Shown here piece after piece: positions 22,281 to 30,229 of a DNA stretch of 32,000 nucleotides (its first letter is position 1; each line of letters begins with the position of its first letter). The notes beneath the pieces were generated by a model. The model did not search any database and was not told the DNA's origin. It saw nothing but the letters and a program-made list of their open reading frames with translations. Source of the stretch: Zestosphaera tikiterensis (GTDB lineage: Archaea > Thermoproteota > Thermoprotei_A > Sulfolobales > NBVN01); contig NBVN01000007.1 of NCBI GenBank assembly GCA_003056265.1, positions 16,381-48,380 of the forward strand, in the 5' to 3' direction. The position numbers and the translations under genes were made by a program.

Positions 22281-22457
22281 CTGTCCGCAACCGTCCTAGT
22301 GGGCAGTTGGGCACTTAAATAAAGCTAGAAAGAAGCGAGTTCTACAACCATCTCACATCTATCTAGTTGATTTGTTAAATAAATGAGGAACGGCATTCAT
22401 AACTACTACTAAGCCCTATTGTTTAAAGAGTTTGTAAACCTGATTTAATGCTTAACT
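22281..22457 (+). repeat. direct repeat B (partner A at 16518..16637)
   Basis: See repeat A. The stem CTGTCCGC...GTGGGCAG differs from A (CTGTCCAC...GTGGACAG) by two transitions that would keep U-G and G-U pairs in a plus-strand RNA. Confidence 0.8.
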
Positions 22458-22476
22458 TTACTTTTTTTTATTTCGT

Positions 22477-23040
22477 CTAGAGGTACTTTCTCAGTTCTTC
22501 TTCGTACTTCTTTTTTAGTTCTTGGTATTTCTCTTCACTTATTCTTCCGAACTCATATTCCTTCTCAAGTTCTTTTATCTTCTCCTCGATTTTACTTCTT
22601 TCTTTATACCTCCTCAGCAATTCCTCAATCTTAGTTCTTATGTTCATCGGATCTGAAACACCTATCATAATGACTGACCCAGCATACTGGCCTGGAGTAC
22701 TTATAATCACATTCCCATAGTTTAGGATTCTCCCCATTAAGCCTTGAGATATAGCTGTGCCAGTAATCCACTCGTTCTTAATCTCAAATACGTGCCTAGC
22801 AATTATACCGTACTTAACGTAAATACGCTTGTTTGACATAAAATACTCAGAGGCATAGACTCTAAGCACAGCGATTATGAAGAAGATTATACCAAGCCCA
22901 AAGAGGAAAATTGTTAACACTCCAAGAAGGAGGAGTACCCAGTTCGCCTTCCAACTCATCCTACCGTACCAGTAAGGAATTTCTCCCTCAACTAAAACAA
23001 AACCGCTAGGAATCTTTAATTTATCCAATATTAACACCAC
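22477..23040 (-). CDS. membrane protein with a bacterial-type PH domain (bPH_2/DUF304-like) and a C-terminal SHOCT-like helix
   Basis: 187 aa with a GTG start. Two TM helices (VLLLLGVLTIFLFGLGIIFFIIAVL) precede YFMSNKRIYVKYGIIARHVFEI...ILNYGNVIISTPG, which is a YdbS/YdbT-type PH pattern. The C-terminus ELEKEYEFGRISEEKYQELKKKY matches the SHOCT pattern. Confidence 0.75.
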   Translation of the reverse strand: MVLILDKLKIPSGFVLVEGEIPYWYGRMSWKANWVLLLLGVLTIFLFGLGIIFFIIAVLRVYASEYFMSNKRIYVKYGIIARHVFEIKNEWITGTAISQGLMGRILNYGNVIISTPGQYAGSVIMIGVSDPMNIRTKIEELLRRYKERSKIEEKIKELEKEYEFGRISEEKYQELKKKYEEELRKYL

Positions 23041-23310
23041 CTAATATAACTACATCTACCATATAAGAATAGTAAAATAACAAATATAAATCTTACCTTA
23101 CTTATCGAGGCTTATCAAGGAAAGCTAGCTTCCCTTCCGTTTCGTTGTAGAGCTAGATATAATATGATATGGGGAAGTAGTTTCCTCTTACTGCATCCCT
23201 AGGGTTGGAGCACTCCACCGTAGGGCGGGTTATGAATGTTATGAAGCTTCGTAAATTTCATAAGTCCCAAGGGGAACAGGTGTTAACACCGTTGTGGAGT
23301 ATATAATTAA

Positions 23311-23398
23311 GTGTAAATTTACACCCAAATAATGAAACAAATTTTTAGTACTCATGCTAGTTGTTATATATGTGAAAAACTCTTGAAATGAGGTTTTC
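23311..23398 (+). repeat. repeat field part 1: palindrome GTGTAAATTTACAC (23311..23324) plus the segment homologous to 3051..3106
   Basis: It contains an exact copy of the 14-bp palindrome also found at 10030..10043. The alignment with S is described under the feature at 3051. Confidence 0.6.
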
Positions 23399-23401
23399 CC
23401 T

Positions 23402-23649
23402 TGAAAATCTAACTCACGGGTAAAGCAGTAGAAAATCTACCCCTCGATAAGAGTGAGTGTTAGAAAATCTAATAGAGGGTTAGACCCTGAGAGTAGATTC
23501 TCTGGGGGTAAGCCTAGAAAATCTAGTTCCTACGTGAGTTAGATTTCATGAGGTTTTAGAGGTCTTGAAAAGCTAATCCCCCCTCAAGTGTAGATTTACA
23601 CTCTACTAGAGTGTAAGCCTACGCCCACGCTTGAAGCCCTGAAAATCTA
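23402..23649 (+). repeat. repeat field part 2: array of (T)AGAAAATCTA iterons plus copy R (23540..23649) of the ~100-nt element
   Basis: TGAAAATCTA lies at 23402 and 23640, and TAGAAAATCTA at 23429, 23461 and 23515. Inverted forms TAGATTCTC and TAGATTTCA lie at 23494 and 23540, GAAAAGCTA at 23567, and GTGTAGATTTACAC at 23588..23601. GAAAATCTAACTCACG (23403) is complementary to CGTGAGTTAGATTTC (23533). Confidence 0.75.
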
Positions 23650-23655
23650 GTTGGA

Positions 23656-23684
23656 GGTGTAGTTAAGCCTCGATTAACTACACC
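23656..23684. terminator. perfect 11-bp stem with a 7-nt loop; hairpin of unknown role
   Basis: GGTGTAGTTAA-GCCTCGA-TTAACTACACC lies about 70 nt downstream of the stop of the minus-strand gene 23757..24407. No U-tract was checked, so the terminator role is only a guess. Confidence 0.35.
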
Positions 23685-23756
23685 CCCTAGGCGGTTAAAC
23701 CACCCTACATGTGTCAGTATTATATATTATATTATAGGAAGCTAATTCTTTTTCAA

Positions 23757-24407
23757 CTACCCCTCTTTATGTTTGGTTTTCATGTTCTCAACCATTCCAA
23801 TCTTTTCCTTCCGTTCAAACACTCGTATCTCCTCAGGCTTCGGGAGATCCTTAATACTGTAAACCTTAGCGTAAACCCTAGATCCATAAACCCTGAAGAC
23901 CGCGTCCCTCCCGACTGGTTCTACGCCTAAGTCCAAACCAACCCTCACTTCCTTACCTCTCTTCACAATCCTATCCACAAACCCAACCTCCTCAATAAAA
24001 CCTAAGAAGACGAACGGAGCGATAACACGTTGGATATAACACCTATCGGGAGTTAAAGAGAAGGAAACGTTAACAACCCTATACACTATTGGAACAGCAT
24101 GCATAAAGCTCCAGACGAACGTCACCCACCCGTAATCGTCAACGCACATATCAGTCATTTTTCTCATAGGACCAACTGTGTAGTAAAGGTTGAAGTAGTC
24201 ATAATTTGGATTAAGAAGAGAAAGAAAGTTACCAAGAGAAACATATATCTTTCTTAATTTTAACGTTTCATGATCTATCACCGTGTCAACTAAGACGTTA
24301 AGCTCAGGAAACACGTCACAAACAATCTTCACTTTACACATTGCCATTTCCAATGCTATGAAGTGAAAAGAAAATGAATAAACTTTCACGTGAATGTGTC
24401 TAGACAT
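23757..24407 (-). CDS. hypothetical 216-aa protein
   Basis: Long ORF with an ATG start. No motif recognised. Confidence 0.55.
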   Translation of the reverse strand: MSRHIHVKVYSFSFHFIALEMAMCKVKIVCDVFPELNVLVDTVIDHETLKLRKIYVSLGNFLSLLNPNYDYFNLYYTVGPMRKMTDMCVDDYGWVTFVWSFMHAVPIVYRVVNVSFSLTPDRCYIQRVIAPFVFLGFIEEVGFVDRIVKRGKEVRVGLDLGVEPVGRDAVFRVYGSRVYAKVYSIKDLPKPEEIRVFERKEKIGMVENMKTKHKEG

Positions 24408-24912
24408 AGATATAATATATAATAGGAAACATTTTCTTTTTTTAACTAGTTAAACCCTCTTCACCCTCTGGTGCATATTGTTGCTTCTGCTTAAGTTCTT
24501 CTAAATGTAGGTCTAGAGGGGAATTTCGCTAAGTAGATATAATATATTTTTATTATAGGCAGACTTTGGTTTACCTAAAGGTAAACTTTCTTTCCTACGT
24601 TACCTTTTCTACGTTACTTGGTACCCCCTTTAGGGGGTAAGAACGGGTTCGCTTATGATGGAAATGAAATCGCAATCGCTATTATCATTATTATTAGAAC
24701 TGGAATAATAATAGTATTAGGATTAGTTTCCCTTTACTCAGCGATACCCCCCGTCTAGAAAAAAGGTAGTAAAACTTTACCTCTGCTTTTCAGTCCTTTT
24801 CCCTAGAGTTTTATCTGTTATTAGAACCTTTCTTTGAAATGAATCTTCGGATAAAACAGATTTGCTTTACTAGTTGCTGAATTTAAAAAGCACTTTGAAG
24901 GGTTATAGGTAG

Positions 24913-25440
24913 GCCGGTAACAAGCAGATAAACACAACGAGTATTAGGAGTAGGATCAACGATGTTGGAGTAGGTCTGATCAAGGAGAAAATCTACACGC
25001 TAGATACTGGAGAGTATGTTGAAGTCCAAAGTTTAACAGAAATTCTAGGCTGGCTTAGCGATAATAACCGTACATTACTGGAGAAGCAATAGTGCTAGGC
25101 TGGATACGCTTCTTAAAAGGTTTAGGAAGGAGGGAAAGCACGGCGAGCAGCGTAAAGCCCTGAGAATAATAGCAAAGATTGTGGCCAACACGAGGCACTT
25201 GGTTGAGGACTACGCGGCATGGATAGCGGCAAAGACAGGACTAGCAGTAGGGAAGATAGCATCACTCCTACGATAAGCGACAGAGCACTATTCGGGACTC
25301 CGACCACTCACCCGCTTAAGCCTTGCACAAAACCGATAATCCCTCGACAAGTCGAGATACCTGCATCGGTGTCATGTACGTGCGATTGGGCCAGTATGAT
25401 ATCGTCTTTCGAGCTCGATAAGGGAGTATAAAAGGAGTAT
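24913..25440 (+). pseudogene. decayed gene remnant; faint resemblance to the central region of IS200/IS605-type TnpB (OrfB)
   Basis: Successive protein-like open frames lack start codons and are offset by frameshifts. 24913..25090 reads ...KIYTLDTGEYVEVQSLTEILGWLSDNNRTLLEKQ. 25049..25276 reads ...LDTLLKRFRKEGKHGEQRKALRIIAKIVANTRHLVEDYAAWIAAKTGLAVGKIASLLR. Shorter fragments follow. G+C is visibly above local background. The family assignment is weak. Confidence 0.25.
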
Positions 25441-25502
25441 ACAGGATCCTGCTTGTAAGCAAAGACGGTTCCGAGACATTTATAGTACTGAGAGTTAAAG
25501 AC

Positions 25503-25721
25503 ATGTATAGAGCTTGGCTACTAGCTTTTGGCGATCAGAGTACAAGAGTTGCTGATGAGCTAAAATGGGGGACTACTCATGTGTTAGCTGGTATGGTTTT
25601 TAATACTCGACGTGATATTGTACTCATTAAAGATCCTAACGAAAATATCCTAGATGTTAAAGTATCACAAGAGAGGGAAACAGCTCATTTCTTTTTAACC
25701 CACCTTAAGACGGTGTTGTGA
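25503..25721 (+). CDS. hypothetical 72-aa ORF
   Basis: Track ORF only. No motif or promoter seen. It may be part of the decayed region. Confidence 0.25.
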   Translation: MYRAWLLAFGDQSTRVADELKWGTTHVLAGMVFNTRRDIVLIKDPNENILDVKVSQERETAHFFLTHLKTVL

Positions 25722-25904
25722 AGGGGTAGCTCTGTTTTCAACTAAAGTTACTTCCGTGTCCTTTAGTATTGTAGTTAGCTCATTTAGGTTCTCTTTAAAG
25801 ATTCCGTAAGTGATTGCCGTGAGAGAACAGCTAGTCTGGGCATATTTAGAAATATGCATACCCTATTATAACCCTATATTATAGTATATAGTGGTGCATC
25901 CAAT

Positions 25905-26735
25905 ATGGTTGGACCAGTATTTTTGACGCTAATTATATTAGGATTTATAATGATTTTGTTCATAAGATTATGCGGTATGTTGCTTTGGTATACTATTATG
26001 TCTCTTTATGTTTTTTGTGTTTCTCTATTTTTAACAATTAAATACGTTGATAATATATTTTTAAAAGTAAATGGACTGATACTTCTTTCTATTATTTTAT
26101 TACTAACATCTATCGATATTATAGCGTCAATAACTCAAAATCTAGCTTTTATAAAAAACCTTCTATTAAAATTTGGTCATGATTGGGCATATGCTTCTTC
26201 AATAGGGATTATCCATTCTTTAAGTTCGTTATATTCATATTTATTAGGTATAAATTTCTATATGAATAATGATGTATTCTTAGAACAATTAGAACCCTAT
26301 CTTACTACAATGCATTTAGGTATATTAACAATGACAGCGATAGTAACAACAATAATATCATTAATGATTTACTTGCCAAGGTTACAAGAATATTATTCTT
26401 TTAGTATAAGAGTAACTTTGATAATGGCTGCAGCATTATTATCAATTTCAGCTTTTTCTCTAGGTATGTTTTCTGGTATGGCTTCAGAGAGAATTTTAGT
26501 TTATACTTTTATAATAGGATCTATCATTGCATTAGGGCTTGGGGGAATTTTTGGTGTACCTTTATTAGCTTTTTCTTCAGTTAAAATTGTTGATGATAAA
26601 AGAGTACCACTATTCTCAATACCAGCTATGTTAGCTGGTGTAATATTATTTGTATCATTATTCATATACTCTACATTATCTATTAAATCTGAGCTATATA
26701 ATGAAATAAAAGCTATTTTGGACTTAATATCATAA
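25905..26735 (+). CDS. polytopic membrane protein (about 8 TM helices), very AT-rich gene
   Basis: 276 aa, almost entirely of I/L/F/S/Y-rich hydrophobic segments. The composition is visibly more AT-rich than neighbouring genes. Confidence 0.75.
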   Translation: MVGPVFLTLIILGFIMILFIRLCGMLLWYTIMSLYVFCVSLFLTIKYVDNIFLKVNGLILLSIILLLTSIDIIASITQNLAFIKNLLLKFGHDWAYASSIGIIHSLSSLYSYLLGINFYMNNDVFLEQLEPYLTTMHLGILTMTAIVTTIISLMIYLPRLQEYYSFSIRVTLIMAAALLSISAFSLGMFSGMASERILVYTFIIGSIIALGLGGIFGVPLLAFSSVKIVDDKRVPLFSIPAMLAGVILFVSLFIYSTLSIKSELYNEIKAILDLIS

Positions 26736-27073
26736 TTTAAATTTAAGGATATGGTACACATGTGCTATAGGGTTATCAGCTATGGTATCTGTTTGAAATT
26801 CTCATCAAGTGTTAGGATCCTCTCTATGCTATAGTGCTTGCAAGTTAGATTAGGGCTACTAGTGCATATGCAGGTAGTAGGTGATGTCTGCAACAGCATC
26901 CCAGAATACCTAATACCTACACAGCCTAGGTCTTAACGATCCTGACATTATGATTATCTCTATTCTTTTGCTAACCTCAATGCCTGAAGTTATGAAGTTT
27001 AAAACTACATTAACATAACTATATAGCGGTAATTAGTCAAAACGCTAAAACATAGAGGTAAGGAGGATTTGCT

Positions 27074-27439
27074 ATGTCTGTGAGAGACAGCCAGTTCCAT
27101 AATAAAGCGATAGTAGATGAGATTATTGGATTTATTGCAGAGCATTATAGCAGTTTTATGGTTGAGGACGCACTATTTCAGGAATTGAGGGAGTCCATTA
27201 AGAATTTATCAATAGAACTCTATATGAAATACCTTTATGAATGCGAGCAAGTGAGTTATACGTCTAGTTGCCGAGGAGGGATTGAGAAATATCTTAATGA
27301 GCTGCTAAGAACGTTCTATGCTACAAGCAATGAGCCTGTTAGGCTTGGAGCATTTAGAGCATTGCTCCATGAGGTATATAGACGAGTTCATGGCAGTTGT
27401 AACCATACTATAATCGGATTGCAATGGGTTACATTATGA
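27074..27439 (+). CDS. hypothetical 121-aa helical protein
   Basis: The ATG is preceded by AGGAGGA about 7 nt upstream. No motif recognised. Confidence 0.55.
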   Translation: MSVRDSQFHNKAIVDEIIGFIAEHYSSFMVEDALFQELRESIKNLSIELYMKYLYECEQVSYTSSCRGGIEKYLNELLRTFYATSNEPVRLGAFRALLHEVYRRVHGSCNHTIIGLQWVTL

Positions 27440-27629
27440 TTGCTTTTAGTTACTGACGGATTAAGCGTTTGCAGTAGTATTTGATAGTATCACTACCTTA
27501 TCACTACAGCATAACTATCAATAACTACCGCATAGAGTGAAAAACATTAGAATAGAATAAGTGTTATGTATTGTTATGTCTGTTAATTAAGTTTCTAATA
27601 AAAACATATTTAATTTAGGATGCGGGATC

Positions 27630-28676
27630 TTATCGCCTTAAGACAGCCAGAACTATGGCTAACCCGATGAAGAGGGCAATGAATGGCCAGTAATTCTTTA
27701 AGATTTCATTAATTCTCTCTATTGTATCTTCTATGCGTATTAAAGGTTGAGCAGTTGGTACTATGGCCGTTTTGTTAATGGTTCTTGCATCTTCGCCTAT
27801 AGATATTGCTATTGATTTATGTCCTAGGCTATCGTTGGTGGGAGTCACTACTTTATGAATGATTTCATCGTTCGGAAGTCGTAGTACTGCTCCTGTGAGG
27901 TTATAAGTGGCGCTGATCTTAGCATAAGTTACGAGTGATTCGTCCCTCCACCCTTCCAGCTGAACAGCCGAGCCCGCCGTCCAGTCTATAATACCCTCAA
28001 TCCGTAGTAAGGTGGTATGATTATAAGTAAGCAACACCTTGAACGGAGCTTTCAATGCCTTTGCAGTAACCTTATGAAGACCCGAAAGGACATTGTTTAC
28101 AGGCTCTATAACGTAACTGCTAGCCTCAGAACTCGAAAAGTCCCCAGAGAGATCCCCATCAACGAGGATTGTCAAGTTGTAGGGCGAATGCTTTACAACC
28201 CCTACTTCGACATTTATTATTCCCTCAATAGAGACTGTTGAAATAGTAATTACGCTAGGTGATAAAGGTATCGACAGCTTAGTAGGGTCGTAGTAGGTTC
28301 TCACGAACCAAGCCTGCGGTTGCTCTTTCCTCAAGTCTACAACGCCTTCAAGATCTAACATAACAGAGCCATTCTCTATGTCTATAATTCTCACATACCA
28401 GACCCCAACATCTTTTGAAGCATTGAAGATACCGACAACTTTAATGACATCACCAGAAGCTAGGCTTATACTCTTGTTGATTACCTGCTGCACCCCATCG
28501 TTGAATGAAAGTAAAAGTATAACGGTAGCATTGATATTCTTCAAAGCTCTGATATTATCTAAACTTAGAGAAAGTTTATCGGCTTCAGAATTTGAAGCTG
28601 TTAAAGTGGTGTTTAGAGGGATACTCACAACAATGATAAGAACCGCTGCTATGACCGTCAAATTAACTCGTCTCAT
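27630..28676 (-). CDS. surface-exposed glycoprotein candidate with an N-terminal signal/anchor and a C-terminal TM anchor
   Basis: 348 aa. The N-terminus is RRVNLTVIAAVLIIVVSIPL and the C-terminus is YWPFIALFIGLAIVLAVLRR. Many N-x-S/T sequons are present (NAT, NKS, NAS, NGS, NLT, NHT, NDS, NKT). It is the last gene of a three-gene operon. Confidence 0.7.
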   Translation of the reverse strand: MRRVNLTVIAAVLIIVVSIPLNTTLTASNSEADKLSLSLDNIRALKNINATVILLLSFNDGVQQVINKSISLASGDVIKVVGIFNASKDVGVWYVRIIDIENGSVMLDLEGVVDLRKEQPQAWFVRTYYDPTKLSIPLSPSVITISTVSIEGIINVEVGVVKHSPYNLTILVDGDLSGDFSSSEASSYVIEPVNNVLSGLHKVTAKALKAPFKVLLTYNHTTLLRIEGIIDWTAGSAVQLEGWRDESLVTYAKISATYNLTGAVLRLPNDEIIHKVVTPTNDSLGHKSIAISIGEDARTINKTAIVPTAQPLIRIEDTIERINEILKNYWPFIALFIGLAIVLAVLRR

Positions 28677-29391
28677 CGCTTTTCACCTCCTGGGATGTAG
28701 CCGAAAGTCGTAGAAGCCCTTCTTCAATTTCTGACTCAGCCAGAGGAAGAAGCAGGACGCAGTACACTTCATTGACGTCGTCGAACCTAGCCTTAAAGAT
28801 CGCCTTAGCCCGACCGAGGATATGTTCAATTAGATTCACTGCGGTATCAATGTATTCGTCACTTCCGACAGCGAAAATCGCGTAGTCTACATCTTTCCTA
28901 GGCTCGTGTATCGGATACAGAACCAGGATCTCGTTGGTCCTGTCGTCTATGTGTTTACCGCTTTTGAGTAGGTTGAGAATCTCTGCGAATTCATATCCTT
29001 CCATTGGCCTGAACACGAGAGGCTTGGTTACTACGTATAGACCAGGTCCTAAGTTTGTGAGTAAATGTGACGCGTCAGAATGTTCAGAGTTTGTTAAGGC
29101 TACGGCCATGATAATATAGGTCGGTTCAAGAATTTTGTTCATCTCAGTGTGGTTTAGTAGGTTCTCAACTAGGATTAATATATGTCTCCCACCGTTGATT
29201 GCGTCGTTTGCTAGGCCCATGAAGTACTCGAGTTTTTGTTGGGAGACTCTATCATGAGGGTTCACCGCGTCTATGTCGCCGTTAGCATTGTTTGTTGGTG
29301 TTGGATCTTCTCTTTTTGTAGAATTCTTCTTGAGCCATTTTGTATTGTCACCATTCATTTTTAGAATCACCCCCCATTTTTTGATCGGCAA
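28663..29391 (-). CDS. hypothetical 242-aa soluble protein, middle gene of the operon
   Basis: It overlaps both neighbours (14 nt downstream, and 11-44 nt upstream depending on which Met is used). No motif recognised. Confidence 0.65.
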   Translation of the reverse strand: MPIKKWGVILKMNGDNTKWLKKNSTKREDPTPTNNANGDIDAVNPHDRVSQQKLEYFMGLANDAINGGRHILILVENLLNHTEMNKILEPTYIIMAVALTNSEHSDASHLLTNLGPGLYVVTKPLVFRPMEGYEFAEILNLLKSGKHIDDRTNEILVLYPIHEPRKDVDYAIFAVGSDEYIDTAVNLIEHILGRAKAIFKARFDDVNEVYCVLLLPLAESEIEEGLLRLSATSQEVKSDETS

Positions 29392-30091
29392 CGACGAATA
29401 CTATGTGGGTATTGGCTGACGGCTTCGGGAAGTGTTTGTCACACGTGTAGGATGTTATGCCGTGTCCAAGTAACCTTATAGCTACTGAGAAGGTATTGCT
29501 TCTGCGGGCTCTTTCAACTTGGCGGATTAGTTTCCGGGCAAATGGCAGCTCGGATCTTCTTTGAGCCTCAGCGTAGCGTACGTCCTGATTTGAATGTCTG
29601 ACGTTCATTATATACGTAGGAACTCCTTTAATTATAGTTCTCTTTATCGAGCCAATCTTTCCGCGGAACTTCCTTACACCGCCCTCTAGTGGATTATATG
29701 CTATGAGTAGGGTCGACTGACAGAACGCTTTGAGCACGGCCTCAGGCAATTCAGGATTTATTTCCTTGTTAAGAAGGGGTAGCTTCGTAATGCTCCCTGC
29801 ACTAATTAAAGCTATTTTTCTTTGCTGGTCTCTTACGCTTATTGTGAATCTTATCTTGTTTCTCAGTACCACAGTCGCTAAAGCTATAATCGCACCGAAG
29901 TAACTCAAGAGTATCAACGTTAGAATCATTCTTTCCAATGATCCGAGTGAGTTCCAGGAAGCATATAGTAGTGGACCGAAAGCTTCGTAGAACCTAATGC
30001 CAGCATATAAGCCTGTGATGACCAAGCTTATCGCTAGAGCTACCTTAAATATCGATCTGCCGACTGCCTTATAGGAAGTTCCGGACTGCAT
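29348..30091 (-). CDS. hypothetical protein with two N-terminal TM helices and a ~165-aa basic cytoplasmic domain
   Basis: 247 aa. The TM helices are IFKVALAISLVITGLYAGIRF and MILTLILLSYFGAIIALATVVL. It is the first gene of the operon and is divergent from the RNA ligase gene. Confidence 0.7.
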   Translation of the reverse strand: MQSGTSYKAVGRSIFKVALAISLVITGLYAGIRFYEAFGPLLYASWNSLGSLERMILTLILLSYFGAIIALATVVLRNKIRFTISVRDQQRKIALISAGSITKLPLLNKEINPELPEAVLKAFCQSTLLIAYNPLEGGVRKFRGKIGSIKRTIIKGVPTYIMNVRHSNQDVRYAEAQRRSELPFARKLIRQVERARRSNTFSVAIRLLGHGITSYTCDKHFPKPSANTHIVFVVADQKMGGDSKNEW

Positions 30092-30229
30092 GAGTTTACC
30101 CTCATAGTTTAATTCTTTTTCGAGGTTAATAAACCTTTTGGAAGAATTCTACCATTAGAAGAATTAAGCTATTTTAAATGAACTCCAATATATAGAAATA
30201 TTTTAAATCATTTTACGAAAATTATAACA

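Noticed and set aside
25100-25450. GC-elevated region considered as RNase P or SRP RNA
   Set aside because: GGAGGGAAAGCAC and ACAGAGC only loosely resemble RNase P CR-I and CR-IV. No SRP helix-8 motif is present. The G+C looks too modest for a hyperthermophile structural RNA, and the region reads as protein-like frames. I reported it as a pseudogene candidate instead.
27630-29119. Plus-strand ORFs 28017..28241, 28378..28713 and 28934..29119
   Set aside because: They are antisense to the overlapping three-gene operon and have no features of their own.
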